Shown: positions 1 through 12,479 of the stretch, piece after piece
Layout of the letters: every line of letters begins with the position of its first letter
Numbering within the stretch: position 1 is the stretch's first letter
Source of the DNA: Octopus vulgaris
Taxonomy: Eukaryota
Length of the DNA: 64,000 nucleotides
Direction of reading: 5' to 3'
Assembly (NCBI GenBank): GCA_951406725.2
Contig: OX597817.1
Location: forward strand, 79,856,001-79,920,000
The notes under the pieces: generated by a model
Seen by the model: the letters and a program-made list of their open reading frames with translations, nothing else
Databases searched by the model: none
What the model was told of the DNA's origin: nothing
Translations under genes and position numbers: made by a program

Positions 1-94
1 GTCAAGGAGTCAGTGGTAAATTAGATAAAAGAATAAATAAAAGAATAAAAAATATATAGAAGAATAGAGTTTTAGGTAAATAAGGAGATTCTCA

Positions 95-189
95 CTTATA
101 CATATACACATATGTATATATATACACACACACATATACATACACACATACATACACACACACATATATATACATATATATATACATAC

Positions 190-236
<47 letters not shown>

Positions 237-416
237 TATACACATACATATGCATACACATATACACACACACATGTATATATACACACACGACCACACA
301 TACATATACACACAAAATTATATACATACATACACATACACATACACACATACACACACATATCCACATACACACATGCACACACAAGTCCCTATATTCA
401 CATATATACACACACA

Positions 417-448
<32 letters not shown>

Positions 449-854
449 CATATGTGTACCTATACATACCTACACATACACACATATACATACAAATACA
501 AACCCATTCCCTAATTTTAATTTTATTATTATCTTCATTTATTACTTTTGTTATCTTTGACCGCAGGTCACAAGCATCTTGGCTACGACAGCAAGTCCAT
601 TTATCTTTCTACTTGAACACAAGCACTCACTCACGCACGCACACTCATTAGCACGCACACTCACTCATTCATACACTCATACACATACATGCACGCACGC
701 GTTATATTCATACATACATACATCTACATACATTCACATATATACACATACGTACGCGTACCTACAGATTCATGTCTACACGCTTAGAAGACTAGTCCAT
801 ACATATACACCAATAAATATATATACACACATACATATACACCTACATACAAAT

Positions 855-891
<37 letters not shown>

Positions 892-998
892 CATACACCC
901 ATACATACATACATATATACACATACACACACCCACACATATACATATACATACATATACGCGCAAACATACACATACATATACATACATATACACAT

Positions 999-1038
<40 letters not shown>

Positions 1039-1409
1039 ATACATGTACATACATACATATACATATATACACACACACATACACACATACACATATACAC
1101 ATACCCACACATACACATATACATGCGTACCCATACACACACACACACACACGCGCATCCATATATACACATAACTACACGCATGCGTAAAAGTATACAT
1201 ATATCTATACATATGCTTACACATACACACACACACACGCGCCTCCTTATGTTCATATACTTACATGCATACTCAAAAAATAAATAATAAAATATATATA
1301 CGTGCAGTTATTCATATACATACATGCATACTCAAAAAATAAATAATAAATATTAAGTATATATACATGCAGTTACCTATTATACAGACGGATACATACA
1401 TATAAACTT

Positions 1410-1454
<45 letters not shown>

Positions 1455-1591
1455 TACGTACTTACACATATGTACATATACATACACACATACATAACTC
1501 TACGTACCTACATATACATAAACACACGAGCGTACACGTATATGTACATATACACATACACATACACACACATACATACATACATATACAT

Positions 1592-1630
<39 letters not shown>

Positions 1631-1655
1631 CATATACATACACACACATACACAT

Positions 1656-1692
<37 letters not shown>

Positions 1693-1783
1693 TACATATA
1701 CATACACATACACATATACATATACACACATACACACACACACATATATATATACACACACACACATACATATACATACACAC

Positions 1784-1820
<37 letters not shown>

Positions 1821-1835
1821 CACATGTGTGCATAC
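95..1835 (-). mobile_element. Inverted copy of the Naiad element's microsatellite-rich 3' region (inverted pseudo-LTR)
   Basis: 1745-1835 is the reverse complement of 4876-4959 (TACATACACATGTGTGCATAC at the RT junction). 1490-1540 is an inverted homologue of 4415-4465. Confidence 0.6.
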
Positions 1836-3761
1836 TGCCTACTTGAACCGTTTGAAGAAGACCTCTTCCTCATGATAAAAAACATCAAATTCAGGAGAGT
1901 CAACCTACCTTTCCAAACGGAACTGAATGAGAAACTTTCGAAAATGAAAAGCTCCCCGCACCTCCATGTCCCTTCGGACAAGACAAAAAATATTTACGCG
2001 GTGACTCCGGATACCTACAACAGACTAGCTGATAACGCCATCACAGCTAAGTACAAGAAAGTAGACGACACAGCGCTAACTGAAACCAACTTAGCCGGGA
2101 AAGAGATTGCCACCTCCCTTAAAATCGATGACCGAACTGAACCCCTGAGGGTGAAGTCCCCACACTTCACCCTGAAAGACCACAAAGACCATTTCGAAAA
2201 TAAACCGTCGGTCCCACTGATTAACCCAACCAAGTCTGACATCGGATCCGTCAGCAAGAAGATCCTGGACAGGATTTTACCAAAAATGCGTGAAGCTTCA
2301 CCCCTTCCACTCTGGAATAGGACCTCCGAGGCAATAACCTGGTTCCGGGATTTACCTGACAAAAGCAACACCCGATTCCTACAACTGGATATCGAGGATT
2401 ACTACGCCTCCATATCGGAGAGCTTGCTGATCGACGCGATTAACTTCGCCAGGAGGTCCTCCACCATCACCGAGGCCGAGCAAGATGTGATCCTCCACGC
2501 ACGTAAGACTTTTCTTTTCCACGACGGATCCCACTGGATCAACAAAAAATCTGTGACCCCCTTCGACGTCAGCATGGGTTGCTAGCGACCCGGCTGAAAT
2601 AAGTGACCTAGTGGGCCTTTTCATCCTCCATAGGCTGAAAACCCTATTCACAGGCCTCTCCGGTGGTCTTTACCGCGATGACGGCCTTTTCGCCCTCCAC
2701 AAAATAAACCCCAGGACCACGGATGGGTTCCGGAAAAATCTTTACACCTTCTTTAAAAACTTAGGCCTTAGGATTACCTTAGAATCCAACTTAACCAAAG
2801 CTAACTTCCTTGACGTCACCCTCGACTTAAAAACCTCACTTTATTACCCGTACCACAAACCAAATGAATCCCTTAGATATATAGACATTAATTCCAACCA
2901 CCCCAAAAATATATTAGATAACCTAGTAAAAAGTGTCTCAATTAGAATTTCTAGCCTGTCCGCCACGGAAGATATCTTTAAGGCCGCAGCCCCCTATTAC
3001 AACGAGGCCCTGGCTCGCAGTGGCTTTAAAGATAAGATTACCTACACTAGTATAGCCCCACGCCAACCCAGGAAAAATAGACGAAGACACATTAGCTGGT
3101 ACAACCCCCCTTCAACCGTGAGGTCGCTACACCTGTAGCTAAAATCTTCTTCACTCTCCTACAGAAACACTTCCCCACCCAACATAAGTACTACACTATC
3201 CTAAATAAGAACACTATTAGACTCTCCTACTCTACCACGCCCAATCTAGCCAACAACAATGTGAAAAAACTTAATATATCTACTTTTTCCGAAACCCATC
3301 CAACGTCCGATAGCAATTGCAACTGCCTTTATAAAACCACCTGCCCCCTCAACAACAACTGCCTACAGAGGGACCTAGTATATACATGCGAGGTAAGATC
3401 AGGCCCTGATGATAAAAGAAAATCCTACATCGGAATGACGTCAAACAGCTTTAAGACCCGTTGGTACGCCCACACACACTCGTTCCGGCGACCGGATAAA
3501 TCCAACCAAACTACCCTCGCCGCCCACATCTGGTACCTTAAAAGGAACTCCATCCCCTTCAAGACCAAGTGGAAACTACTACAGAAGGCGCGTTCGTACA
3601 CAGGAGGCCATACCTGCTGTGACCTTTGCATTTCGGAGAGCCTAGAGATGTTGTTCACCAAAGGCCCTCTCCTTAACAAGATCTCAGAACACTCCCCAAA
3701 TTGCATGCATAAGAATTATGCAAACTACAAGAACTATAGACCTACCCGGCAACCAGATTGA
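1836..3761 (+). pseudogene. Penelope-like retroelement, Naiad-type: reverse transcriptase plus C-terminal GIY-YIG endonuclease, 5'-truncated, two frameshifts
   Basis: Three consecutive ORFs join into one protein. It contains [34 protein letters not shown](ASD)PAEISDLVG, catalytic GLYRDDGL, NFLDVTLDL, SNHP, WYNPP(F), CNC..CPL..CL..VY..YIGMT..FKTR..H..SF, HIW, CDLC..E, LLN..E..C.H. Frameshifts: +1 nt at ~2580 and -1 nt in the C run at 3105-3110. Confidence 0.93.
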
Positions 3762-3959
3762 TGACACCCCACCCACAAACACCCCCAATCCCACCGTTCC
3801 CCTAGCACCCCCGATTACCTTTTCTCCTAAGACCTTTCACATATTGTATGTGTACGCTTGTATATGTGTATCGTATATATGTATAGAAATGTATGGGTAT
3901 AGTAGGAATATACGCATGTATTATGTGTGTGTGTGTGTGTATGTATGTAAAAATATATA

Positions 3960-3999
<40 letters not shown>

Positions 4000-4308
4000 T
4001 ATATGTATATATGTGTGTATGCATATGTATGTGTATATGTATGAGTGTATATATATGTATGTATATATAAAATATTATATAATTAGGGCTTAGTAAAATA
4101 AATTACTTTGCCACATACTGAACTTTCTAGAAATAGCAGCCAAAAAAGTTTTTTAGCCATTTCCACTACTTAAAGAAAATTTCTCTCAGACAATGTTTAC
4201 TCAAAAATAATGGTCCTTTTACATACTGAATACTTGGTGAAATTGATTAATAACTAATTAACTTTACCCTCAATTGTTGATATATATATATATATGTATG
4301 TGTATGTA

Positions 4309-4340
<32 letters not shown>

Positions 4341-4356
4341 TGTGTATATATATGTT

Positions 4357-4387
<31 letters not shown>

Positions 4388-4511
4388 GTGTGTATATGTA
4401 TATATATATATATAAAAGTGTACGCGAGTATGTCGATGTATATGTAGGTATGTAGAGTTATGTGTATGTGCATGTATGTGTGTGTATATACAGATTGTAG
4501 ATGGGTATATA

Positions 4512-4558
<47 letters not shown>

Positions 4559-4788
4559 GTGTGTATATATATATGTGTGTATATGTAGGTATGTAGAGTT
4601 GTAAGTATGTGCATGTGTATATATATGTATATATATATATGTGTGTGTATGTGTATGTATGTATATATATGTGTGTGTGTGAGTATGTGTGTATATGTAT
4701 GTATATATGTATATATGTGTGTATGTGTATGTGTGGGTATATATATATATATATATATATATATGTGAATATGTGTGTGTATATGTAC

Positions 4789-4820
<32 letters not shown>

Positions 4821-4960
4821 AAGTGTGTGTATATATGTATGTGTAAGTGTGTGTGTGTGTATGAGTATGTGTGTATGTATGCACACATGTGTATGTATAT
4901 ATATATATATATATATATGTATATGTGTGTATGTATATGTATGTGTGTGTGTATATATAC
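3762..4960 (+). mobile_element. 3' UTR/pseudo-LTR of the Naiad element, built from degenerate (TG/TA)n
   Basis: Follows the endonuclease stop codon and shares unique interruptions with the inverted upstream block. Confidence 0.55.
4082..4280 (-). mobile_element. Short retroelement 3'-end fragment inserted in (TA)n
   Basis: Terminus CTGCTATTTCTA..GTATGTGGCAAAG..GCCCT is shared with 60541-60638 and 61110-61210. Confidence 0.5.
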
Positions 4961-4961
4961 A

Positions 4962-5260
4962 TGTTTGTTTCTTCCTTCTCGAGCCATGCCTGGCTCATTA
5001 TGGCCGGTTTTCCGGTTTCCTTAGTGTATATGTTCACCACCTGGACGGGACGCGAGACCATCACAGTTGAGCTGCAGGAGGAAAGAGTGAGAGAAAGTTG
5101 TTGCGAAAGAGTCAGCAGAAGTTTGCCATTACCTTCTGCCAGAGCCGCGCGGAGCTTACGTGTTTCGTTCATAAACACACACATCACCTGGTCTGAGATT
5201 CAAACCTGTGATCTCTTGACCACTAGTGTGCTGCTCTAAGTACTAGGCCATGTGCCTCCA
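4962..5260 (-). mobile_element. tRNA-derived SINE (family A)
   Basis: Minus-strand head GGAGGCACATGGCCTAGT..GGTTTGAATCTC (A and B boxes). Homologues at 30570 and 50185. Confidence 0.85.
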
Positions 5261-5271
5261 CACACACACAG

Positions 5272-5337
<66 letters not shown>

Positions 5338-5345
<8 letters not shown>

Positions 5346-5641
5346 ACCACGTGACTGACCAGACCATCAGATGTTGTTACACATCGCTGGTCACAATGTG
5401 TTCGCATTGTTTTAGCCTTCGAATGACGCCACCCCGCTGGCTAAGCGAGCAGGCCAACAGAAGAAAGAGTGGGAGAAAGAGTGGCGAAAGAGTACAGCAG
5501 GGATCACCAACCCCTGCCAGAGCCTCATGGAGCTTTTAGGTGTTTTCGTTTAATAAACACTCACAACGCCCGGTCTGGGAATCGAAACCGTGATCCTACG
5601 ACCGCGAGTTCGCTGCCCTAACTACTGGGCCATTGCACCTC

Positions 5642-5643
<2 letters not shown>
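5338..5643 (-). mobile_element. tRNA-derived SINE (family A variant)
   Basis: Head GGAGGTGCAATGGCCCAGT..GGTTTCGATTCC. Close copy at 7348-7640. Confidence 0.85.
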
Positions 5644-5695
<52 letters not shown>

Positions 5696-5724
5696 TATAT
5701 ATATATATGTGTGTGTGTGTGTGT

Positions 5725-6100
5725 AGGCACAGGCATGGCTGTGTGGTAAGAAGTTTGCTTCTTAATCACATAGTTCCAGATCCAATCCCACTGTGTAGGA
5801 CCTTGGGCAAATGTCTTCTACTATGGTCTGAAGCCAACAAAAACCTTACAAGTGGATTTAGTAGAAGACTGTTATATATATGCATATATTTTCAAATATT
5901 TGTGTGTCTATTGTGCTTGGATTTTGTCCCCCACTACTGCTGGACAACTGGCATCGATGTCTTTTCACTATCATAACTTCTTAGTTAGGCAAAAGGGACC
6001 TACCCAATAAGTACCTGGCTTAAGAATAAAACAGTACAGGGGTCAGTTTGTTTGACTAACATTCTTCAAGGCAGTGACCTAACTGAAACAGGTACAAGAT
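5725..6100 (+). mobile_element. Bipartite SINE (family B: head, internal TA/TG microsatellite, tail), diverged
   Basis: GGCTGTGTGGTAAG..CCTTGGGCAA..GTGGATTT head and GACAAC..AATAAGTAC..CTGAAACA tail, repeated more than 10 times in the window. Confidence 0.8.
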
Positions 6101-6284
6101 TATATATATATATATATCTACATACATACATACATACATACATACATACATACATACATACATACATACATACATACATACATACTTGGAAATGGATGTG
6201 ACATGTTCAATTTAATAATGAAAAATAATATATAATATACACACACACACACACACACAACACACATATATATATACATATATA

Positions 6285-6640
6285 CAGGCAAATATGGGTA
6301 CAGGACGTCACCAGCAGTGCAAATAACAGGAAATACGTAAACTACAAGAAAAATGGATAAGCGGACAAGTAAACACCGAGAAAAGACCCTTCATCAGTTT
6401 TTGGCTGTCTATCTAGTCCGCATTTCGAGCATTTAATGATAATATGAGTCTTTAGACAGCTGGTCCCATATATTCTAAAATAAAATTCAGGATTTATGGA
6501 GGGTCAAAGTTGGGAACAAAAAGAAAATGACAGTGGAGACATACAAGGAAACTGAACGGAAACGAACATGGAGGGTCGTTGGACCAGAATGAAAGGAAAA
6601 TAGTGAACTCTGGGAGAAATATCTTTTGGAAAAGAGAAAA
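6285..6640 (-). mobile_element. Retroelement 3' end carrying a permuted hammerhead-like motif (6385-6460)
   Basis: Homologous to 28150-28637 (shared upstream hairpin region and terminus GTCCTGTACCCAT before a TA microsatellite). Confidence 0.65.
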
Positions 6641-6641
6641 T

Positions 6642-6705
<64 letters not shown>

Positions 6706-6708
<3 letters not shown>

Positions 6709-6834
6709 CAGCCGACAACTGATGAAAGGTCATTTCTCTGTTTTTACTTGTCCTGTTCTCCATTTTTTCTCGTTCATGTATTTCACTCGTTTTCCCCTCG
6801 TTTGTTTACGCATGTCATGTTATTTGCACTACTG

Positions 6835-6838
<4 letters not shown>
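6706..6838 (+). mobile_element. Partial, diverged, inverted relative of the 6285-6640 element
   Basis: GACAGCCGACAACTGATGAAAGGTC..TACTTGTCC..TTATTTGCACT matches the reverse complement of 6310-6410. Confidence 0.65.
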
Positions 6839-6891
<53 letters not shown>

Positions 6892-6894
<3 letters not shown>

Positions 6895-7247
6895 TACCGT
6901 CAGAAATTAATTAGCACCCTTGATTTGCTCTTCACTCAAGGTATGTGCTGTCACCTAGTGGCCATATCTCGAACTATTGCTTTGTTGCGAGTTCACTGTT
7001 GCGCAGAACGATGACGTAACTTTGTTTGCAGAGCAGTTTGAGAGTCTACAGCCTTATGATGTTGACATAGCAGTGCAACAACAACTTGGAGTGTGGATGC
7101 AGACAAATCTTCCTTTGTTTAATAGATATAGGTAGCGCCTCGCAAGGAGCGAAATCACACCATACTAAGTTTTCTCATCGCGTAAGACGTTTTGAACCTA
7201 TTTAATGTAGAAATTTGAGAAGTGCTAATTAATTTCTGACGCAAGTG
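6892..7247. mobile_element. Tc1/mariner-type MITE
   Basis: 26-bp TIRs CACTACCGTCAGAAATTAATTAGCAC / GTGCTAATTAATTTCTGACGCAAGTG, with TA on both sides. Confidence 0.88.
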
Positions 7248-7290
7248 TATATATATATGTATATTATGTATATTATATTATTTTATATTA

Positions 7291-7347
<57 letters not shown>

Positions 7348-7355
<8 letters not shown>

Positions 7356-7640
7356 ATCACGTGACCAACCAGGCTATCAGATGTTGCTACACATCGCTGG
7401 TCACAATGCGCTTCGCATTGTTTTAGCCTTCAAATGACGCCACCCCGCTGGCTAAGCGAGCAGGCCAACAGACGAGAGAGTGAGAGAAAGTTGCGGCGAA
7501 AGTGTACAGCAGGGATTGCCACCATCCCCTGCCGGAGCCTCGTGGAGCTATAAGTGTTTTCTTTCAATAAACACTCACAACGCCCGGTCTGGGAATCAAA
7601 ACTGCGATCCTACGACCGCGAGTCCGCTGCCCTAACCACT
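7348..7640 (-). mobile_element. tRNA-derived SINE (family A variant)
   Basis: Close copy of 5338-5643. Confidence 0.85.
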
Positions 7641-7669
7641 GTATGTATGTCCTGAATGATTTCCATGAG

Positions 7670-7840
7670 AAGGCGTATCGCTCAGTGGTTAGAGCGTCGA
7701 GCTTACGATTGTGAGGTTATGAGTTCGATTCCCTGACCAGGCTGTGTGTTGTGTTCTTGAGCAAGCCACTTTATTTCACACCGCGCCACTTCACTCAGCT
7801 GTAGAAATGAGTTGTGATGTCACTGATGCCAAGCTGTATC
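7670..7840 (+). mobile_element. tRNA-derived SINE (family D, CORE-like body)
   Basis: GCTCAGTGGTTAGAGC..GAGTTCGATTCC boxes followed by CTTGAGCAAG.CACTTTATTTCAC. Confidence 0.78.
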
Positions 7841-8254
7841 GATGGCATGGAGAGGGGAGACTTGTATGCTTAGCCGACTGCTTGTCTTCCATAAAAACAA
7901 CCCTAGGTTGTTGGTTTGTCGATGAGGCGATTTTCTGTCCAGAGTTATACCCCGTAGGGGAACCTCTTAGGTGCACACATGGCCGTTCGTGACCGACGAA
8001 GTGTTATATATAAATATACGAAGTACGTCCAGAAAGTAGATGACTTATTTTTCCTTTCCAAAACTAATGACGTGTGTACAAAATCCTTCGGCTGGGAGGT
8101 AACGCCTCCCTTCCTGTGTATGGCTAAACATTTTCGCACCGGTATGCCACGCCAGTTCCAGACTGTTACGCCAAGAGTACAGTCGTTAGTGCGCACTTGT
8201 CGGATTTTCGTTTTCACGCAAAATGACCGAACACATTGAGTAGACACCCTAAAC

Positions 8255-8712
8255 CCATGTCTCATCACCAGTGATGATGGTCTTCATATGGTCTGGGTTG
8301 TGGTTTGCACAGTCCAACACGTCCTGAGCGATTTCCATGAGAAGTTGCTTCTACAGCTCCACCAGCACCCTGAGGATGAATTTCGCCGACACTCTTCGCA
8401 TGCAAAAACACCGATTCCCTGTTTATTCCCACTTCGTGAATAATTTCCTGGATTGTTACACGACAGTCTTCCATAAATATTCGCAAACTTTCTCAATATC
8501 CTTTCGTTTCTGCTTGTTGATAACCTGCCTGAACGTGCTTCATTCTCCATTGAGGTGCGGCCATGTCTGAAGTGGTTGTACCACTCACTGGTCTGAGTTT
8601 CGCCCATAACATCATAGTTAAATCCTGCTGAATCTTTTGGATGGTTAGAACTTGAGTATCGCCAAGCTTTTGTCAGAATTTATTGGAATAGTTCTCTGCT
8701 CGATGCCTTCAA
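8255..8712 (-). pseudogene. mariner transposase N-terminal fragment
   Basis: MGETQTSEWYNHFRHGRTSMENEARSGR HTH, DCRVTIQEI, IITGDETW. A TIR-like start TACGAAGTACGTCCAGAAAGTA lies at ~8016. Confidence 0.85.
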
Positions 8713-8724
8713 TGAAAACGAAAA

Positions 8725-9110
8725 TGCCTCTTTTGGCTGTCTCCAATGTATACTCAGCCGGTAGTCGGAAATAAGGTAAAGGATGACTCGTCCAAGAAAA
8801 TAACATTCTTCCAATGCTTTAGGGACTAATTCTGTAGGTTTTTACTCCATTCTAAATGCTTTGCAACGTTTGATTTTGAAAGTAGTGAAATCCAGCTTTG
8901 TGCAGCTCCTGGCGAATGGTTTTTGTGGAAACTGGGTTCTCAAGGTGGTCATTAAGCTCTGCAGTAATTTTGGAAGCTGTAATTTTGTGATCCTTTCTAA
9001 CAATTCACGTAAGAACCTTATGGTTCCTATCTGAAAGTTTGGGTTTTCTTCCAGAGTAATTATGCTAGCACTTGCCATACAAGTACCAACAATTTGATAG
9101 ATCTGTTATT
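8725..9110 (-). pseudogene. Tc1-family transposase fragment
   Basis: Minus strand encodes, across frameshifts, SGRKPKLSDR, ITAELNDHLENPVSTKTIRQELHKAG and WKNVIFLDESSF. Confidence 0.8.
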
Positions 9111-9235
9111 TTTATGATTTTAATTACCTTTTTCTGATGATATCTGAAAAGAAACAGCAAATTTAGTAAAACATATTAAGTAACACTAATAATAAAATAA
9201 AACATAAAAATAAACAAGCTTTTGATGGTTTTGTA

Positions 9236-9297
<62 letters not shown>

Positions 9298-10047
9298 AAT
9301 ATTTTCACCAGTAGATATCTTTCAATCAGAAGCTCCATATAGAGAAAATATAACCCTCAGGAAAAATTTCATGACAGTGTAGGGAAGTAAACTTGAGGGG
9401 AGAAAACAAACAAAACACACATTTACTGGTATAATTTGAACTATGTATTATCAAGGAGCATAAACATTCAAACAATTTTTCCTGGTGTTATAATATTGGT
9501 AAATTTAAGAACTCACTTGTACACTAAATATATCTCCAAGACTCAAAGATAATTCCTGTATATTGCCAAAATTGTTTCTCATACTCTTCCTGTGTTAAGC
9601 CTTGCATCAATCTGTGACTAAAAATTTAACATTTCATCTTCCTAGCCAACTAGTCTTCCAGTCCTGTGTGTCTGTTAAGAATTGGTGGTTTATATATAAC
9701 CATATTTGCATACACGGATATTCAGACAGACAGACAAAGGGATTGATAGATAAATAGATAGATAGACAGATAGACAGACAGATAGATAGAGACAGGCATA
9801 GATAGTATTGAACATCATAAAATTTTATTAACATTCCAGAAAACGTTGAAGAATTAATTCTTTTTCAAATTGGATTTCAATGAACATATAAAGCTGTCAA
9901 TAATAGAATGTAAATATTGGGTTGAGAAACCCTTTTTGACAGAAAACTTTATATGTGTGTTGAGATCCAATTTCAAACAGAATATAATATATCTATCTAT
10001 CTATATATATATCTATCTAACTAACTATCTATCTATCTATCTATCTA

Positions 10048-10155
<108 letters not shown>

Positions 10156-10269
10156 CATATATGTATAAATATATATATATATATATATAATAATAAATAT
10201 TAGGGAATAAATCCTAATTTACAAGGAAAAATCAGATTTAAGATTGAATCCAATTTTATAATGAAATAT

Positions 10270-10430
10270 TATATTATACTAAATTAGAGACAAAACCACT
10301 ATTATGCAAATCAAACAAAGAAAGACTTAAGCCAATACATAAAAAATTTTATATAATTAAAATTTTTTATGTATTGGCTTAAGTCTTTCTTTGTTTGATT
10401 TGCATAATAGTGGTTTTGTCTCTAATTTAG

Positions 10431-10439
<9 letters not shown>
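10270..10439. repeat. Perfect ~82-bp-arm palindrome with 6-nt loop
   Basis: 10270-10351 is the reverse complement of 10358-10439. Confidence 0.95.
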
Positions 10440-10485
<46 letters not shown>

Positions 10486-10678
10486 TATGTGCATGTATAC
10501 ATGCATGTACGTATACATATATATGTGTGTGTGTGTGTATATATATATCCATGTATATATATGTACATATCTATAAATATATATGTTTATATGTATATAT
10601 ATATAGATACACACACATACACAAGTAGATAGATAGATAGACAGACAGACAGGTAGATTGATAGATAGGTAAATAGAC

Positions 10679-10731
<53 letters not shown>

Positions 10732-11129
10732 TCATCATTCATCCTCATTCCCATTTAATGCCTACTGGTTCATGCTTGCATGTGTCAGAGAGAAAAACTG
10801 AAAATATTCAGAAGATTAGAACCTTCATTTATAAACAGAAAGATATTTATATACTTACAAAAAAAATAATTACATGAAGTACAAATGATGTATAAAACTA
10901 AGGAGAGGAGACATCGTGTTTAAAGCCTGAGATTTGTTTCTCGGGGTTCAGAATTACGTAATATTTGTAATGTTTGTTATGGACAACTTATACCTTTAGC
11001 TTTCTATATTATTTGTACTCCATGCAAATTCCTCTATTGTCCAAATATATAAGCATAGGCTTATATATACGTAATGATCTGAATATTTTCAGTATCTATT
11101 TCTCCTTATGTATAAAAAATATATATAAA

Positions 11130-11275
11130 AATACAAAATGGGACAAGAACGCAAAACATTCAAATAGACGACACAAAAAAACGGACGGGTCATTCAAAGC
11201 CTCTAATCTTCAGTCAAGAACCGGATCATCCTCGCAATTTCGGTTGATTAATCTTGAGATCGCTCCGATCCGGTC
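11130..11275 (-). ncRNA. Retroelement terminus with a non-circularly permuted hammerhead-like motif
   Basis: Minus strand: GACCGGATC-GGA-GCGAT-C-TCAAGA-TTAATCAACC-GAA-ATTGC-GAGGAT-GATCCGGT-TCTTGA-CTGAAGA. Confidence 0.6.
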
Positions 11276-11278
11276 ATG

Positions 11279-11520
11279 TCATCATCATCATCATTGTTTA
11301 ACGTCTGCTTTCCATGCTAGTATAGGCTGGATGATTTGACTGAGGTCTGGCGAACCAGATGGCTGCACCAGACTCCAATCTGATCTGGCAGAGTTTCTAC
11401 AGCTGGATGCCCTTCCTAACGCCAACTACTCCGAGAGTGTAGTGGGTGCTTTTACATGCCACCGGCACGAGAACCATGCTCAAATGGTGCTTTTTATGTG
11501 CCACATGCACAGGAGCCAAT
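11279..11520 (-). mobile_element. SINE/non-autonomous element with RTE-type (GAT)n tail (family C)
   Basis: GTTGGCGTTAGGAAGGGCATCCAGC..ATGCTAGCATGGA..(GAT)n family, with 8 copies seen in the window. Confidence 0.8.
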
Positions 11521-11562
<42 letters not shown>

Positions 11563-12372
11563 GTGTATATGTATGTATCTGTATTTTATATATCAAGCCT
11601 AAGTGAATTTATCTGCATCACTATCTACCTTTTCTATCTATCTATCTGTCTATTTATCTATCTACGTATATGTGTGTGTGCAGGTGTGTGTGTCAATAGA
11701 TAGGTAGATAGATAGAGAGAGAGAGAAAGAGAGAGACAATACAGTAAAAAAGATAGAATGATACATTGGTATAGATAAATAATTATGGCTCTGTGCGTGT
11801 GTGTGTGTGTGCACGCGTGCATGCACTTACATTATATACATATATATATTTATATATATATATACATTTACATATATGCAAATGCATATATGTGCAATTA
11901 TCATTTTATAAAATGAACCAATTGAAATACAATAAGTGTTTCCTGTGTCTATAAGTGTTCAAATACATTCAATTTCAGTGTAAGGAAAAGGTTTGATGTA
12001 ATACAAAACAATTTATGTTATACTTTTGAATTAAAAGTTAATTAAATAATATAAGCTATTAAGTACTTTCACAGATAACATACAGCAGATGTAAAGGCAA
12101 TCTAGGCATCATATAAACCTTTATGCATATATATATATATGCATACATACATTTATATATTTACATGCACACAAATACACAAGGATACACTTACATGTAC
12201 ATGGGTATGTATGCTTATATCTACACACAGAAACTTGTACATACATGCATACACACACACACACATATGCATATATGCACAGACACTTATATATACTCAA
12301 ATATATATAGATATATATAAACATTAATGAGCATACATATGTATATTATTAATGTTACGCATTATTATTATT

Positions 12373-12414
<42 letters not shown>

Positions 12415-12433
12415 ATTATTATTGTTATTATTA

Positions 12434-12479
<46 letters not shown>

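Noticed and set aside
3261-3840. Selenocysteine-encoding Naiad (in-frame UGA plus SECIS)
   Set aside because: All conserved Cys positions in the endonuclease region use TGC or TGT. The ORF breaks are frameshifts rather than UGA codons, and no convincing SECIS was seen.
7670-7745. tRNA gene (and similar heads at 5190-5260, 30700-30775, 50400-50475, 55900-55980)
   Set aside because: A and B boxes are present but there is no complete cloverleaf, and each continues into a repeated SINE body.
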